Positions 47,079-60,671 of a DNA stretch of 64,000 nucleotides are shown here, piece by piece. Numbering within the stretch: position 1 is the first letter of the stretch; every line of letters starts with the position of its first letter. The stretch is from Marinicella sp. (GTDB lineage: Bacteria; Pseudomonadota; Gammaproteobacteria; Xanthomonadales; Marinicellaceae). The position numbers and the translations under genes were made by a program. Location: the NCBI GenBank assembly GCA_965230295.1, contig OZ246001.1, positions 2,688,001 through 2,752,000 on the forward strand, written 5' to 3'. The notes beneath the pieces are model-generated. The model worked only from the letters and a program-made list of their open reading frames with translations, was not told the DNA's origin and searched no databases.

Positions 47079-50000
47079 ATGAAAGATTTAATTAAATTAT
47101 TTAATCCTAAAAAAGAAATCCAAGACTTTAACTCCATTAAAGTCTCTTTGGCACCACCTGAACTGATTCGTTCTTGGTCTTATGGTGAAGTGAAAAAGCC
47201 AGAAACCATTAACTACAGAACATTCAAACCAGAACGTGATGGTTTGTTTTGTGCTGCCGTATTTGGCCCCATCAAAGACTATGAGTGTCTTTGTGGTAAG
47301 TACAAGCGCATGAAACACCGTGGTGTGGTCTGTGAAAAATGTGGTACTGAAGTCACTTTGACCAAAGTGCGTCGTGAGCGCATGGGTCACATTGAATTGG
47401 CCAGCCCCGTGGCACACATTTGGTTCCTGAAATCATTGCCATCTCGCATTGGCTTGATGCTGGACATGACTTTGCGCGAAATTGAAAGAATTTTGTATTT
47501 TGAATCATTCGTCGTTACCGATCCAGGCATGACTGATTTGGAAAAAGGTTCATTGTTAACCGATGAGCAATATGCCCAGGCCATTGAGAACTGGGGTGAT
47601 GAATTCAAAGCCCTGATGGGTGCAGAAGCCATCTACTCTTTGTTAGAAGAAATTGACATCAATGCGGAATTGGTGCAATTACACGAAGACATTGAATCCA
47701 CCAAATCTGCGACCAAGATCAAGCGTTTATCAAAACGAATTGCTTTGTATGATGCCTTCAACAAGTCAGGCAACAAACCAGAGCACATGATTTTAACCGT
47801 GTTGCCGATTTTGCCGCCTGATTTACGTCCTTTGGTCCCATTGGATGGTGGTCGTTTTGCTACTTCAGATTTGAATGATTTATACCGCAGGGTGATCAAC
47901 CGCAACAACCGCTTGAAGCGCTTATTGGATTTGCATGCACCAGACATCATTGTGCGCAATGAGAAGCGCATGCTGCAAGAATCAGTCGATGCCTTGTTGG
48001 ACAACGGTCGTCGTGGTCGAGCCGTCACCGGTTCAAACCGCAGACCTTTGAAATCATTGGCTGATATGATCAAAGGTAAACAAGGTCGTTTCCGTCAAAA
48101 CTTATTGGGTAAACGTGTGGACTACTCTGGCCGTTCGGTCATCGTGGTAGGACCTACTTTGCGTCTACACCAGTGCGGGTTGCCCAAGAAAATGGCTTTG
48201 GAATTGTTCAAACCATTCATTCTGGGTCGTTTGCTGAAAGATGGTTTTGTTTCGACCATCAAAGCCGCCAAGCGTTCTGTTGATGCAGAGACGCCTGAAG
48301 TTTGGGACATCTTGGAGCAGGTGATCCGTGAGCATCCGATCTTGCTAAACCGTGCACCTACGCTGCACAGATTGGGTATCCAGGCTTTTGAGCCCGTGTT
48401 GATTGAAGGTAAGGCCATTCAGTTGCACCCTCTGGTGTGTACTGCATTCAATGCTGACTTCGATGGTGACCAAATGGCTGTACACGTGCCATTATCAATT
48501 GAAGCTCAATTGGAAGCACGTACCTTGATGATGTCAACCAATAACATCTTATCTCCGGCCTCAGGTGAACCCATCATTGTACCTTCACAAGACGTGGTTT
48601 TGGGGTTGTACTACATGACCCGTGCTTTGATCAATGAAAAAGGTGAAGGCATGGTGTTTTCTGACATGAGCGAAGTCAACCGTGCTTACCAGAATGGCCA
48701 CGTTTCATTACAGGCTTTGGTGAAAGTCAGGTTGACCACCACAGATGAAGACTCAGGAACAGAGTCAACCAACTTGGTTGAAACCACAGTTGGTCGGGCC
48801 ATTTTGGCAGACATTTTGCCCAAAGGTTTGGATTTCAAATACATGAACCAAACTTTGAACAAGAAAGCCATTTCAAATTTATTGAACGAGTGTTATCACC
48901 AGTTGGGCACCAAAGCGACTGTTATATTTGCTGACCAATTGATGTACACCGGATTCCGTTACTCAACCGTGGCTGGTATCTCAATCGGTGTGACCGATTT
49001 GACCATTCCTGAGGCCAAGAAAACCATCTTGGAAGAAGCTGACAAAGAAGTTTTGAAGATTCAAGAACAATACACGTCTGGTTTGGTAACCGCAGGTGAA
49101 CGTTACAACAAGGTGGTTGATATTTGGTCAAAAGCCAATGAAGACGTTGCCAACGCCATGATGGCGGTATTGGGTAAGGATGAAGTTGAAGACAAAGAAG
49201 GTAATACGGTTTCACAAGATTCTATGAATTCAGTCTTTATCATGGCTGATTCAGGCGCCAGGGGTTCACAAGCTCAGATGCGTCAGCTGTCTGGTATGCG
49301 TGGATTGATGGCCAAACCAGATGGTTCGATCATTGAGACTCCCATTAAGGCCAACTTCCGTGAAGGGTTGGACGTGATGCAGTACTTCTCATCAACCCAT
49401 GGTGCACGTAAAGGTTTGGCCGATACAGCACTGAAAACAGCCAACTCTGGTTACTTAACCCGTCGTTTGGTTGATGTTGCACAAGATGTGGTGATCACAG
49501 AAGTTGATTGTGGCACCACCGAAGGTTTAATCATGCAACCCATCGTAGACGGTGGTGAGGTGATTGAAACACTGGCCGACCGTGTTTTGGGTCGAGTGGT
49601 GGCTACTGATGTACTCAACGCCAATGGCGAAGTGGTGATTGAAGCCGGTACTTTGATTGGTGAAGAAAGCCTGCAAGTGATTGAAACCAATGGTTTGGAT
49701 TCTATTGTGGTCCGTTCGCCAATCAGTTGTGAATCCAGTTTTGGTATCTGTGCTCAATGCTACGGCCGTGATTTGTCACGCGGACACCGGGTTAATATTG
49801 GTGAAGCGGTGGGTGTTATGGCAGCACAAAGTATTGGTGAGCCAGGCACACAGTTGACCATGAGAACGTTCCACATTGGTGGTGCGGCATCAAAATCAGC
49901 AGCCTCAGATCACGTTCAGGTGAAATCTGATGGTTCGATTCGTATGCACAACATCAAGCATGTGACCAATGCCGATAAAAAATTGGTATCAATTTCTCGA

Positions 50001-51326
50001 TCAGGTGAAATTTCAGTGATTGAAAGTTCAGGTAAAGAGAAAGAGCGTTATAAAGTACCCTACGGTGCAGTGATTAACGTCAAGGACAACGATAAGGTCA
50101 AAGCGGGTGATGTGATCGTTAATTGGGATCCACACACGCATCCAATCGTTTCTGAAGTGGCCGGCCGTGTTGCATTGAGCGATTTCAAAGATGGCGTTAC
50201 CGTTGAAGAGAAATTAGATGAACTGACTGGTTTGACCAGTTTCATCATCACCGATCCTAAACAGCGTGGTGCAGCAGGTAAAGATTTGCGACCTATGGTG
50301 CGTTTGGAAGACAAGAAGGGTAACCCCATCATGATCCCTGGTTCTGAAGTGCCTGCGCAATATTTCTTGCCTCCTGGAGCGGTGATTAACATCCAGAACG
50401 GTCAAGATGTGGCTGTTGGTGATTTCTTGGCGAGAATTCCACAAGCGTCATCGAAAACCCGTGACATCACTGGTGGTCTACCACGAGTTGCTGACTTATT
50501 TGAAGCGCGTAAGCCTAAAGATCCAGCCATTCAAGCAGAGACTTCAGGTATTGTAGGTTTTGGTAAAGACACCAAAGGTAAGAACCGATTGGTCATTACC
50601 CAAGCCAACGGTGAAAAGTTAGAAACATTGATTCCAAAATGGCGCCAAATCGTGGTGTTTGAGGGTGAGCACGTTGAAAAAGGTGATGTGGTTGTTGAGG
50701 GTGAACCTAACCCACATGACATCCTGCGTTTGCAAGGTGTGATCGCTTTGGCATCCTATTTGGTCAATGAGATTCAAGATGTTTACCGCTTACAAGGTGT
50801 GAAAATCAATGACAAGCACATTGAATGTATCATCCGTCAAATGTTGCGTAAAGTTGAGATCGTTGAACCAGGTGACTCAGATTATCTGAAAACAACCCAG
50901 TTGACTTACAAGGAAGTGATGCGAACCAACCGCGAGATTTTGAAACAAGACGGTATCCCTGCGACTTTTGAAGTGCTGCTGTTGGGTATCACCAAGGCTT
51001 CATTGGCTACCGATTCATTCATTTCTGCGGCATCGTTCCAGGAAACCACACGTGTATTAACTGAAGCTTCGGTTAAAGGCACCAAAGATTACTTGCGTGG
51101 TTTGAAAGAAAACGTCATCGTGGGTCGTTTGATTCCTGCCGGAACCGGCCTTTCATACCATCAAGACCAACTGCAATCAAAAGAAGCCGAGCTTCAGTCA
51201 GAATTGCAAGCCATGGTTAATGAGGTGAGTGATAACGGTGGCGGTGCGGTTGATTCCGAGCAAGCATTGATGGATCAACTCAGCCAACTGGATGATGGTG
51301 ATTCAAACGTTGATGAAAGTGAATGA
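47079..51326 (+). CDS. rpoC: RNA polymerase beta' subunit
   Basis: [12 protein letters not shown], Zn-finger CLCGKYK. Confidence 0.99.
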   Translation: MKDLIKLFNPKKEIQDFNSIKVSLAPPELIRSWSYGEVKKPETINYRTFKPERDGLFCAAVFGPIKDYECLCGKYKRMKHRGVVCEKCGTEVTLTKVRRERMGHIELASPVAHIWFLKSLPSRIGLMLDMTLREIERILYFESFVVTDPGMTDLEKGSLLTDEQYAQAIENWGDEFKALMGAEAIYSLLEEIDINAELVQLHEDIESTKSATKIKRLSKRIALYDAFNKSGNKPEHMILTVLPILPPDLRPLVPLDGGRFATSDLNDLYRRVINRNNRLKRLLDLHAPDIIVRNEKRMLQESVDALLDNGRRGRAVTGSNRRPLKSLADMIKGKQGRFRQNLLGKRVDYSGRSVIVVGPTLRLHQCGLPKKMALELFKPFILGRLLKDGFVSTIKAAKRSVDAETPEVWDILEQVIREHPILLNRAPTLHRLGIQAFEPVLIEGKAIQLHPLVCTAFNADFDGDQMAVHVPLSIEAQLEARTLMMSTNNILSPASGEPIIVPSQDVVLGLYYMTRALINEKGEGMVFSDMSEVNRAYQNGHVSLQALVKVRLTTTDEDSGTESTNLVETTVGRAILADILPKGLDFKYMNQTLNKKAISNLLNECYHQLGTKATVIFADQLMYTGFRYSTVAGISIGVTDLTIPEAKKTILEEADKEVLKIQEQYTSGLVTAGERYNKVVDIWSKANEDVANAMMAVLGKDEVEDKEGNTVSQDSMNSVFIMADSGARGSQAQMRQLSGMRGLMAKPDGSIIETPIKANFREGLDVMQYFSSTHGARKGLADTALKTANSGYLTRRLVDVAQDVVITEVDCGTTEGLIMQPIVDGGEVIETLADRVLGRVVATDVLNANGEVVIEAGTLIGEESLQVIETNGLDSIVVRSPISCESSFGICAQCYGRDLSRGHRVNIGEAVGVMAAQSIGEPGTQLTMRTFHIGGAASKSAASDHVQVKSDGSIRMHNIKHVTNADKKLVSISRSGEISVIESSGKEKERYKVPYGAVINVKDNDKVKAGDVIVNWDPHTHPIVSEVAGRVALSDFKDGVTVEEKLDELTGLTSFIITDPKQRGAAGKDLRPMVRLEDKKGNPIMIPGSEVPAQYFLPPGAVINIQNGQDVAVGDFLARIPQASSKTRDITGGLPRVADLFEARKPKDPAIQAETSGIVGFGKDTKGKNRLVITQANGEKLETLIPKWRQIVVFEGEHVEKGDVVVEGEPNPHDILRLQGVIALASYLVNEIQDVYRLQGVKINDKHIECIIRQMLRKVEIVEPGDSDYLKTTQLTYKEVMRTNREILKQDGIPATFEVLLLGITKASLATDSFISAASFQETTRVLTEASVKGTKDYLRGLKENVIVGRLIPAGTGLSYHQDQLQSKEAELQSELQAMVNEVSDNGGGAVDSEQALMDQLSQLDDGDSNVDESE

Positions 51327-51380
51327 TATCAACACTTTAGTTGAGACAGATTGAGGTGTTCAAAAAACTTTAATCTGTAC

Positions 51381-51409
51381 TTGACTATTTTGGGGTAAAA
51401 AACTAAAAT
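51381..51409 (+). promoter_or_regulatory. sigma70 promoter of str operon
   Basis: TTGACT-17-TAAAAT with CCCG discriminator. Confidence 0.7.
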
Positions 51410-51510
51410 CCCCGTTCTTATTTTCGGCAGGCCGGTTTTAACTGGCCTGTCGTTTATTTTTTAAGAGGCTTTTTTTAAATATACGCCTCTCTTTAGGGTA
51501 AATTTTGCAT

Positions 51511-51882
51511 ATGGCAACAGTAAATCAATTGGTTCGTAAACCAAGAAAAGACAAAGTATATAAAACTAACGTTCCAGCTTTAGAAGCTTGTCCGCAGCGT
51601 AGGGGTGTGTGTTCACGTGTTTACACAACGACGCCTAAAAAACCTAACTCGGCTTTGCGTAAAGTGGCTCGTGTCAGATTAACTAATGGCTATGAAGTAA
51701 CCAGTTACATCGGTGGTGAAGGACATAATTTACAAGAGCACTCTATCGTATTGATTAGGGGTGGTCGTGTGAAGGACTTACCAGGTGTGCGTTACCACAT
51801 TGTTCGTGGTGCACTGGATACTGCTGGCGTGAATGATCGTAAACAAGGTCGTTCTAAATATGGTACTAAACGACCAAAATAA
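51511..51882 (+). CDS. rpsL: 30S ribosomal protein S12
   Basis: [23 protein letters not shown]. Confidence 0.99.
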   Translation: MATVNQLVRKPRKDKVYKTNVPALEACPQRRGVCSRVYTTTPKKPNSALRKVARVRLTNGYEVTSYIGGEGHNLQEHSIVLIRGGRVKDLPGVRYHIVRGALDTAGVNDRKQGRSKYGTKRPK

Positions 51883-51902
51883 TCAAATAAAAGGTTTTAG
51901 AG

Positions 51903-52373
51903 ATGTCTAGAAAGAAAAGTAATTTTAAGCGCGATGTATTGCCTGATCCAAAATACGGATCAGAGCTGATCAGTAAGTACATCAACATGGTCATGAAAAG
52001 TGGCAAGAAATCAGTGGCCGAGAAAATCGTCTACGGTGCCATGGATAAAATGACTGAAAAAGAATCCGGTGATGCCGTAGATTTGACGCAGCAAGCTTTG
52101 GAAAAAGTGAAGCCTATGGTTGAGGTTAAATCTCGCCGTGTGGGTGGTGCGACTTATCAGGTACCTGTTGAAGTTCGTCCAAGACGTCAAATGGCATTGG
52201 CCATGCGTTGGTTGATTGATGCAGCTCGTAAACGCGGTGAAGCTGACATGCCCAGTAAATTGGCTGGTGAAATGTTGGATGCTTTACACGATCGTGGTGC
52301 AGCCATGAAACGTCGTGAGGAAGTGCACAAGATGGCTGAGGCCAACAGGGCATTTGCTCACTACCGTTGGTAA
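51903..52373 (+). CDS. rpsG: 30S ribosomal protein S7
   Basis: [26 protein letters not shown]. Confidence 0.99.
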   Translation: MSRKKSNFKRDVLPDPKYGSELISKYINMVMKSGKKSVAEKIVYGAMDKMTEKESGDAVDLTQQALEKVKPMVEVKSRRVGGATYQVPVEVRPRRQMALAMRWLIDAARKRGEADMPSKLAGEMLDALHDRGAAMKRREEVHKMAEANRAFAHYRW

Positions 52374-52400
52374 TAACCAGTTACAGGAAAGGAATTTGAA

Positions 52401-54493
52401 GTGGGCCGGAAAACACCGATTGAGAGATACCGTAACATTGGCATCATGGCCCACATTGATGCCGGTAAAACGACCACCACAGAGCGGGTGCTGTTTTACA
52501 CGGGAATTTCTCACAAGATAGGTGAAGTCCATGATGGCAATGCCACCATGGATTGGATGGAACAAGAGCAAGAGCGTGGCATCACGATTACATCGGCTGC
52601 CACCACTTGTTTTTGGCAAGGCATGGATCGCCAATTTGATGAGCATCGTATCAACATCATTGATACACCAGGCCACGTAGACTTCACCATTGAAGTTGAA
52701 CGTTCGCTGCGCGTGTTAGATGGTGCGGTAGCGGTGTTTTGTGCGGTTGGAGGCGTGGAGCCACAATCGGAAACAGTTTGGCGACAAGCCAATAAGTACC
52801 ATGTGCCCCGGTTGGCTTTTGTCAACAAAATGGATCGTGCAGGTGCTGACTTTGAACGGGTGGTCGGTCAGTTGAAAACCAGACTGGGTGCCAACCCCGT
52901 GCCGGTCCAGGTGGCCATTGGTGCGGAAGATGAGTTCAAAGGTGTGGTAGACCTGCTGCGTATGAAAGCCATTTATTGGAATGAAGACGACATGGGCTCT
53001 ACTTATCAGCTGGAAGACATTCCTGCTGATTTGACAGAACAATGTGAAGCGGCCAGGGAATTCATGATTGAAGCGGCAGCCGAAACCAGTGAAGAATTGA
53101 TGGATAAGTACCTGGAAACAGGTGAGCTGTCCAGAGAAGACATCATTGCTGGTTTGCGAAATGGAACCATCAACAATGAGGTGGTATGTTGCATGTGTGG
53201 ATCGGCCTTTAAAAACAAAGGCGTGCAAGCCATGTTGGACATGGTGTTGAGTTGTTGCCCTCACCAGCAGATGTGCCTGCCATTACGGGCTTGGAAGAAG
53301 GCAGTGAGGAACAAGAGACCAGTAGAGCGGCTGATGACGATGAGCCCTTTGCTGCTTTGGCGTTTAAAATTGCCACTGACCCATTCGTGGGTACTTTGAC
53401 TTTTTTCCGGGTTTATTCTGGTGTGGTTAAAACAGGTGACAGTATCTACAACCCAAGAAAAGGCAGTAAAGAGCGATTGGGCCGTTTGTTACAAATGCAT
53501 TCTAACTCAAGAGAAGAGATCAAAGAAGTCAGGGCCGGTGATATTGCTGCGGCCGTTGGTTTAAAAGATTTGATGACTGGAGATACTTTGTGTGACATCA
53601 ATCATGTCATCACCATTGAGAAGATGGAATTTCCAGAGCCGGTAATTTCGGTGGCTGTTGAGCCCAGAACCACTGGTGATCAGGAAAAGATGGCCACAGC
53701 GTTGCAAAAGCTGGCGCAAGAAGACCCTTCGTTTAGGGTGGCCACTGATGATGAGTCGGGACAAACCATCATCTCTGGAATGGGTGAATTGCATTTAGAC
53801 ATCATTGTTGATCGCATGAAGCGTGAATTTAAAGTGGATGCCAATGTGGGTAACCCCCAGGTGGCATACAGAGAGACCATCAAACAAACAGTTGAACAAG
53901 AAGGTAAGTTCATCAAACAGTCTGGTGGTAAAGGTCAATATGGCCATGTAAAAATTAAAATCGAACCCATGGAGCAGGGCTTCGGTTATGAATTTGTCAA
54001 CGAAATCACAGGCGGTGTGATTCCTAAGGAATACATTGGCCCGGTTGACAAAGGCATACAAGAACAAATGGAAAGTGGTGTACTGGCAGGCTACCCTTTG
54101 GTGGATTGTAAGGTCACTTTGTTCGATGGTTCATTTCATGATGTTGATTCAAGTGAAATGGCCTTTAAGGTTGCAGGTTCAATGGCTTTTCGTGAAGGCG
54201 CAAGGGCTGCTTCACCGGTTCTTTTGGAGCCGATCATGAAGGTTGAAATTGTAACCCCAGAAGATTATATGGGTGATGTGGTTGGCGATGTGAATCGCCG
54301 GCGTGGAACATTAGATGGGATTGACGAATCGCCTTCAGGCAAGGTGATTAAATGTCAAATTCCATTGTCTGAAATGTTTGGCTATGCCACTTCGCTCAGA
54401 TCTGCCACCCAAGGCAGAGCCAGTTACTCAATGGAGTTTGATCACTACAGTGAGGCCCCGGCTGAGGTACTGGCAGAAATGATTGGATATTAA
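52401..54493 (+). CDS. fusA: Elongation factor G, split by an apparent 1-bp deletion near 53246
   Basis: [15 protein letters not shown]... continues in another frame as LPSPADVP...; ATGGTG|TTGAG needs one extra base to read MVVELLPSP. Confidence 0.95.
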
Positions 54494-54515
54494 TATATAG
54501 TTTGAGAGACTGACA

Positions 54516-55707
54516 ATGTCAAAAGAAAAATTTGAACGCACGAAGCCCCATGTAAACGTGGGCACAATTGGTCACGTTGACCATGGTAAAACTACCTTGA
54601 CTGCAGCGATCACTAAAGTTGCTGCTGAGAAGCAAGGTGGAGAATTTAAAGATTACGATCAAATCGATAACGCGCCAGAAGAAAGAGAGCGTGGTATCAC
54701 GATTTCTACGGCTCACGTAGAGTATGAAACAGATGGTCGTCACTATGCGCACGTTGACTGTCCAGGTCACGCGGACTATGTGAAGAACATGATTACCGGT
54801 GCGGCTCAAATGGACGGCGCTATTTTGGTTGTGTCAGCAGCTGATGGTCCTATGCCACAAACCCGTGAGCACATCTTGTTGGCTCGTCAGGTTGGCGTAC
54901 CTTACATTGTAGTGTTCTTGAACAAATGTGATCAGGTTGACGACGAAGAGTTGTTGGAATTGGTTGAGATGGAAGTTCGTGAGTTGTTGAATGACTACGA
55001 GTTCCCTGGTGATGACACGCCATTGGTTATGGGTTCAGCGTTGAAAGCGTTGGAAGGTGATTCATCAGACATCGGTGTACCAGCGGTTGCAAAATTGTTG
55101 GACGAGATGGATGCTTACTTCCCGACTCCAGAGCGTGAGACTGATAAGCCCTTCTTGATGCCTATTGAAGACATCTTCTCAATTTCAGGTCGTGGTACTG
55201 TGGTAACTGGCCGTATTGAGACTGGTGTAGTTAATGTGGGTGAAGAGATTGAGATTGTTGGTATTCGTGACACCATCGACCACCACTTGTACGGGTGTAG
55301 AGATGTTCCGTAAGTTGTTAGACACAGGTGAAGCTGGTGACAACGTAGGTATTTTGTTGCGTGGTACTAAAAGAGATGAAGTTGAGCGTGGACAAGTACT
55401 GGCAAAACCGGGTACAATCACGCCCCACACAAAATTTGAAGCTGAAGTTTATGTGTTGAGTAAAGATGAAGGTGGTCGTCACACACCATTCTTCAAAGGT
55501 TACCGTCCACAGTTTTACTTCAGAACAACTGACGTGACTGGCGCATGTGAGTTGCCTGATGGTGTAGAAATGGTTATGCCTGGTGACAACGTCAAGATGA
55601 AAGTTGAATTGATTGCACCGATTGCGATGGACGAAGGTTTGCGCTTTGCGATTCGTGAAGGTGGCCGTACAGTAGGTGCGGGTGTAGTAGCAAAAATTAT
55701 TGAATAA
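54516..55707 (+). CDS. tuf: Elongation factor Tu, second copy, with apparent +1 C at about 55273
   Basis: Nearly identical to 38193-39383; GACACCATCG here vs GACACATCG in the first copy. Confidence 0.95.
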
Positions 55708-55720
55708 TTAATTGAATACG

Positions 55721-55746
55721 AGCAGTGGCGAAAAGCCACTGCTTTT
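55721..55746 (+). terminator. Terminator after second tuf
   Basis: AGCAGTGGC-GAAAA-GCCACTGCT-TTT. Confidence 0.75.
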
Positions 55747-55764
55747 AATTAGAGGCAAATTAAC

Positions 55765-56076
55765 ATGGCTGGTCAGAAAATCAGAATAAGACTTAAGGCG
55801 TTTGATCATAAATTAATCGATCAATCTGCAGGAAGAATCGTAGATACGGCGAAAAGAACCGGTGCCCAAGTGCGCGGTCCGATTCCTTTACCAACTAAAA
55901 AGGAACGTTTCACTGTATTGATTTCTCCACACGTAAATAAGGACGCCAGGGATCAATATGAGATTCGTACTCATAAGCGCTTGGTAGATATTGTAGACCC
56001 AAATGATAAAACAGTTGATGCATTGATGAAACTGGACTTATCAGCTGGGGTAGATGTTCAAATTCAATTGAACTAA
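55765..56076 (+). CDS. rpsJ: 30S ribosomal protein S10
   Basis: [17 protein letters not shown]. Confidence 0.99.
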   Translation: MAGQKIRIRLKAFDHKLIDQSAGRIVDTAKRTGAQVRGPIPLPTKKERFTVLISPHVNKDARDQYEIRTHKRLVDIVDPNDKTVDALMKLDLSAGVDVQIQLN

Positions 56077-56087
56077 GGAGTTGAAAG

Positions 56088-56708
56088 ATGTCATTAGGTA
56101 TTATTGGAAAGAAAGTAGGCATGACACGCGTTTTCAACGACAAAGGCGAGTCAGTACCAGTCACTGTTATCAATGTTGAGCCCAATGTTGTGGCTCAAGT
56201 CAAAACCACAGAAACTGACGGATACAATGCTGTTCAAATCACCACAGGTGGTCGCAAGGCTTCAAAAGTAAGCGCACCAGCTGCGGGTCATTTTAAGAAA
56301 GCAGGTGTAGAAGCCGGTTCTATCACACGTGAATTCAGAACTGATCAAGAGTTCAACGCGGGTGATACGCTGGAATTAACCATGTTTGAAGACGGACAAA
56401 AAGTTCGTGTGACCGGTACCTCTAAAGGTAAAGGTTTTCAAGGTGTAATCAAGCGTTACAACTTCCACATGCAAGACGCCACCCATGGTAATTCATTGTC
56501 GCACAGAGCCCCGGGTTCTATCGGCCAATGTCAAACCCCAGGCCGTGTATTCAAAGGCAAAAAAATGTCTGGCCACATGGGTGCTGAGCGTGTAACCACT
56601 AAAAACTTAGAAGTGGTTAGGGTTGATCAAGAAAACAATTTGTTGTTGATCAAGGGTGCAGTACCTGGTGCAAAAACCAGTACAGTCATTGTTAGACCTT
56701 TGGTTTAA
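56088..56708 (+). CDS. rplC: 50S ribosomal protein L3
   Basis: [24 protein letters not shown]. Confidence 0.99.
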   Translation: MSLGIIGKKVGMTRVFNDKGESVPVTVINVEPNVVAQVKTTETDGYNAVQITTGGRKASKVSAPAAGHFKKAGVEAGSITREFRTDQEFNAGDTLELTMFEDGQKVRVTGTSKGKGFQGVIKRYNFHMQDATHGNSLSHRAPGSIGQCQTPGRVFKGKKMSGHMGAERVTTKNLEVVRVDQENNLLLIKGAVPGAKTSTVIVRPLV

Positions 56709-56728
56709 GCAGATAGCGGAGAAATATT

Positions 56729-57334
56729 GTGGAATTGACAGTATCAGGTAAAAAACAAAAAGTTGAAGTTTCAGAAGCTGTATTTGGCAGAGATTATTCT
56801 GAAGCCTTGGTTCATCAAGTTGTGACGTCTTACATGGCCACAGGCCGTGCAGGCACCAAAGCACAAAAGAACCGATCAGCTGTTAGCGGCGGTGGTGCCA
56901 AGCCTTGGAAACAAAAAGGCACAGGTCGCGCCAGAGCGGGAACTTCAAGAAGTCCAATCTGGGTTGGTGGTGGTAAAACATTTGCTGCTCAGCCTCGCGA
57001 CTTCACCAAAAAAGTGAACACCAAGATGTATCGCGCAGCCATGAAAACCATTTTGTCTGAATTAAACCGTTCAGAGCGTTTGGTTGTGGTGGCTGATTTG
57101 GACACCAAAAACGGTAAAACCAAAGAAGCCATCGAAATGTTGAATAAACATGGTGTTGAGAAAGGATGTTTGGTTGCGGCTGAACCTTCGGACAATTTAT
57201 TGCGTTCAACCAGTAACTTACCTTACGTATTCGTTACCAATGCACATGGCTTAGATCCAGTGTCTTTGGTTTATGCAGACAAAGTGGTTATGACCGTTGA
57301 CGCTGTTAAGCAAGTTGAGGAGTGGTTGTCATGA
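56729..57334 (+). CDS. rplD: 50S ribosomal protein L4
   Basis: KPWKQKGTGRARAG. Confidence 0.99.
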   Translation: MELTVSGKKQKVEVSEAVFGRDYSEALVHQVVTSYMATGRAGTKAQKNRSAVSGGGAKPWKQKGTGRARAGTSRSPIWVGGGKTFAAQPRDFTKKVNTKMYRAAMKTILSELNRSERLVVVADLDTKNGKTKEAIEMLNKHGVEKGCLVAAEPSDNLLRSTSNLPYVFVTNAHGLDPVSLVYADKVVMTVDAVKQVEEWLS

Positions 57335-57630
57335 GTTTAAACAATTTATACACAACTATTTTAGCCCCCGTGATTTCAGAGAAATCAAACCGCGTTGGCG
57401 AGTTGGCTAATCAATACGTATTCAAAGTGGCTAAATCTGCAAATAAAGCAGAAATCAAAACAGCTGTTGAAAAATTATTCAAGGTGTCTGTTGAAGACGT
57501 CACTGTAATGAATGTGAAAGGTAAAACCAAAAGTTTCAGAATGAAGCCGGGTAAAAGACCAGATTGGAAAAAAGCCTATGTGCGCATCCAAGCTGATCAA
57601 ATGATCGACTTCGGTACGAAAGCTGAGTAA
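57331..57630 (+). CDS. rplW: 50S ribosomal protein L23
   Basis: P.ISEKS, EIK.AVE.LF, WKKAYV. Confidence 0.98.
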   Translation: MSLNNLYTTILAPVISEKSNRVGELANQYVFKVAKSANKAEIKTAVEKLFKVSVEDVTVMNVKGKTKSFRMKPGKRPDWKKAYVRIQADQMIDFGTKAE

Positions 57631-57644
57631 TAAGGAGAACTATC

Positions 57645-58472
57645 ATGGCATTAACAGTACATAAACCAACTTCTCCAGGTAACCGCGGTAAAGTCACAGT
57701 TAAAAGAACTGGTCTTTATAAAGGCAGACCTGAAGCCAGCTTAACTGAAAAGAAATCAAAAACTGGCGGTAGAAACAATTACGGTCGCATCACCACGCGT
57801 CACAGAGGTGGTGGGCACAAACAAAAATACAGAATCATCGATTTTAAACGCAATAAAGATGACATTGCAGCCAAGGTTGAGCGCATCGAATACGATCCAA
57901 ACCGCTCTGCTTACATTGCCTTATTGCATTATGCCGATGGTGAGAAAAGATACATCATTGCACCGAAAGATTTAGAGCCTGGTATGCAAGTCATGTCTGG
58001 TACTTCGGTTGCCATCAAAGTGGGTAACGCATTGCCATTGGATAACATTCCAGTGGGTACCGTTGTTCACAATGTTGAGATGAAGCCTGGTAAAGGCGGG
58101 CAAATCGCTCGTGCAGCCGGCACCTCGGCCCGTCTGGTCGCGAAAGAAGGCGTATACGCCACTTTGCGTTTGCGTTCAGGCGAGATGAGAAAAATACCAG
58201 CCAAATGTCGTGCGACATTGGGCACGGTATCTAAAAGTGAGCATAACCTTGAAAAAATCGGTAAAGCCGGTGCCACTCGTTGGAGAGGTATCAGACCAAC
58301 CGTTCGAGGTGTTGCCATGAATCCAGTTGACCATCCGCATGGCGGTGGTGAAGGAAGGACCTCTGGTGGTCGTCATCCCGTGTCTCCATGGGGTTTGCCT
58401 ACCAAAGGACATAAAACGCGTAAGAACAAACGTACTGATAAGTTCATTGTTCGTCGCAGAGATAAGAAATAA
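57645..58472 (+). CDS. rplB: 50S ribosomal protein L2
   Basis: [21 protein letters not shown]. Confidence 0.99.
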   Translation: MALTVHKPTSPGNRGKVTVKRTGLYKGRPEASLTEKKSKTGGRNNYGRITTRHRGGGHKQKYRIIDFKRNKDDIAAKVERIEYDPNRSAYIALLHYADGEKRYIIAPKDLEPGMQVMSGTSVAIKVGNALPLDNIPVGTVVHNVEMKPGKGGQIARAAGTSARLVAKEGVYATLRLRSGEMRKIPAKCRATLGTVSKSEHNLEKIGKAGATRWRGIRPTVRGVAMNPVDHPHGGGEGRTSGGRHPVSPWGLPTKGHKTRKNKRTDKFIVRRRDKK

Positions 58473-58481
58473 GGTAGTTAT

Positions 58482-58754
58482 ATGCCAAGATCACTTAAAA
58501 AAGGTCCATTTGTAGACTTGAGCTTGATGAAAGCAGTCGAAAAGGCCGTAGAAGAGAACAGCAAGCGACCGATCAAAACATGGTCAAGAAGATCAATGAT
58601 TCTTCCTGATATGGTTGGTTTAACCTTGGCTGTTCATAATGGTAAACAACATGTTCCAGTTTTGATTTCTGAAGAAATGGTCGGACACAAGCTGGGTGAG
58701 TTTTCACCCACCCGTACATTCAGATCTCACATTGCTGACAAGAAGGCGAGGTAA
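58482..58754 (+). CDS. rpsS: 30S ribosomal protein S19
   Basis: [17 protein letters not shown]. Confidence 0.99.
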   Translation: MPRSLKKGPFVDLSLMKAVEKAVEENSKRPIKTWSRRSMILPDMVGLTLAVHNGKQHVPVLISEEMVGHKLGEFSPTRTFRSHIADKKAR

Positions 58755-59092
58755 TGATGGAAATAGTAGCTAAATTAAAGAGGGCCAATATTTCGGCTCA
58801 GAAAGTCAGATTGGTTGCCAACCAAATCAGAGGCATGAATGTTGAGCAAGCTGAACAGTTGTTAACCTTTAGCCCTAAAAAAGCCGCGCACATCGTAAAG
58901 AAAGCGTTGATGTCAGCCGTGGCCAATGCCGAGCACAACAATGGCATGGATGTTGATGAGTTATTTGTCAGTTCCATCTATGTTGATGAAGGCCCGACCT
59001 TGAAAAGAGGACGCGCCAGAGCGAAAGGCAGAGGTACACGAATTTTAAAAAGAACCAGCCACATCACTGTAAAAGTGGCTGAAGCATCGTAA
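58754..59092 (+). CDS. rplV: 50S ribosomal protein L22
   Basis: [22 protein letters not shown]. Confidence 0.99.
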   Translation: MMEIVAKLKRANISAQKVRLVANQIRGMNVEQAEQLLTFSPKKAAHIVKKALMSAVANAEHNNGMDVDELFVSSIYVDEGPTLKRGRARAKGRGTRILKRTSHITVKVAEAS

Positions 59093-59102
59093 AGGCAAGA
59101 TT

Positions 59103-59792
59103 ATGGGTCAAAAAGTACATCCAATAGGTATCAGATTAGGAATTTCTAAACAACACAATTCCAAGTGGTACGCAGAAAAAGGTCAATTTGCTGATCAACT
59201 CGTTAAAGACATCAAAGTCAGAGAGTACTTGCATGAGAAATTAAAGCATGCATCTATCAGTAAAATTGAGATTGAGAGACCGGCTAAGAATGCTCGCATC
59301 ACCATCCACACTGCCAGACCTGGTATTGTGATTGGTAAAAAAGGTGAAGACATTGAGCAATTGAAAAACACCTTATCAAAAATGATGGGTTTGCCGACAC
59401 ATGTTAACGTGAATGAAATCAGAAAGCCTGAGTTAGATGCGCGTTTGGTTGCTGAAGGCATTGCCTCACAGCTGGAACGCAGAATCATGTTCAGACGCGC
59501 CATGAAACGTGCTGTTTCTAGTGCCATGCGATTGGGTGCCTTGGGCATTCGAGTGGCAGTTGCTGGACGTTTGAATGGTGCTGAGATTGCCCGTACTGAG
59601 TGGTACCGTGAAGGTCAAGTGCCTTTACACACTTTGCGTGCAGACATTGATTATTCAACAGCCAAAGCGTACACCACTTATGGTGTGATTGGCATCAAGG
59701 TTTGGATTTACAAAGGTGAAGTTTTCGATTTGGAAAACCACAACAGTGAATCAGAGAAGAAATCAGGTAAGAAAAGTCGGGGTAAAAAATAA
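59103..59792 (+). CDS. rpsC: 30S ribosomal protein S3
   Basis: [21 protein letters not shown]. Confidence 0.99.
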   Translation: MGQKVHPIGIRLGISKQHNSKWYAEKGQFADQLVKDIKVREYLHEKLKHASISKIEIERPAKNARITIHTARPGIVIGKKGEDIEQLKNTLSKMMGLPTHVNVNEIRKPELDARLVAEGIASQLERRIMFRRAMKRAVSSAMRLGALGIRVAVAGRLNGAEIARTEWYREGQVPLHTLRADIDYSTAKAYTTYGVIGIKVWIYKGEVFDLENHNSESEKKSGKKSRGKK

Positions 59793-60205
59793 TGTTACAG
59801 CCGAAAAGAACTAAATACAGAAAACAACAAAAAGGCCGAAACCGCGGTTTATCACATGGTGGTAGCAAAGTGAGCTTTGGTGATTTTGGATTGAAAGCAA
59901 CCACTCGCGGCTTATTGACTGCACGTCAAATTGAAGCGGGTCGTCGAGCCATTACCAGACACGTCAAACGTGGTGGAAAATTGTGGATTCGTGTGTTTCC
60001 GGACAAAGCCGTTACTGCCAAGCCAATTGAGGTAAGGATGGGTAAAGGTAAAGGTAACATCGAATATTGGGCCGCTGCCATTAAACCAGGTCGTGTGATC
60101 TATGAAATCCAAGGGGTTTCAGAAGAAATGGCCAGAGCAGCATTTGAAAAAGCAGGCGCTAAATTTCCTGTACAAACAACCTTCGTTAAACGGGTGGTGA
60201 TGTGA
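59792..60205 (+). CDS. rplP: 50S ribosomal protein L16
   Basis: [18 protein letters not shown]. Confidence 0.99.
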   Translation: MLQPKRTKYRKQQKGRNRGLSHGGSKVSFGDFGLKATTRGLLTARQIEAGRRAITRHVKRGGKLWIRVFPDKAVTAKPIEVRMGKGKGNIEYWAAAIKPGRVIYEIQGVSEEMARAAFEKAGAKFPVQTTFVKRVVM

Positions 60206-60393
60206 TGCAAGCGAAAGAATTAAAAAGTAAAGATCTTGCAGAGTTGCAGGAAGAATTAAACAAGTTGTTACAAAAGCAATTCGATTTAAGAATGGCTCGT
60301 GGTAATGGTCAATTAACAAAATTACATCTGATGCGTGAAGTTCGCAGAGACATTGCTCGCGTCAGAACTGTTATGAACCAAGCTAAAGGATGA
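60205..60393 (+). CDS. rpmC: 50S ribosomal protein L29
   Basis: [13 protein letters not shown]. Confidence 0.97.
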   Translation: MQAKELKSKDLAELQEELNKLLQKQFDLRMARGNGQLTKLHLMREVRRDIARVRTVMNQAKG

Positions 60394-60398
60394 ATGTC

Positions 60399-60659
60399 AT
60401 GACTACAGAAACTAAAGTACAAAGAACCAAAAGCGGTGTGGTCACCAGTGACAAAATGAATCAAACCGTGACTGTGTTGATTGAAAGAAAAATCAAACAC
60501 CCCTTGTATGGTAAATACATCAAGAAGTCGACCAAGATTCATGCACACGATCCTGATAACAAGTGTCAACAAGGCGATGTGGTAAAAATCGCTGAATGTC
60601 GACCCATTTCCAAGACCAAATCTTGGAAAGTGGTTGAGATTGTTGAAGCAAGCAAATAA
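60399..60659 (+). CDS. rpsQ: 30S ribosomal protein S17
   Basis: [18 protein letters not shown]. Confidence 0.98.
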   Translation: MTTETKVQRTKSGVVTSDKMNQTVTVLIERKIKHPLYGKYIKKSTKIHAHDPDNKCQQGDVVKIAECRPISKTKSWKVVEIVEASK

Positions 60660-60671
60660 GAGGTACTGACA

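Noticed and set aside
51180-51326. Acidic C-terminal extension of RpoC
   Set aside because: Variable low-complexity tails are common on beta'.
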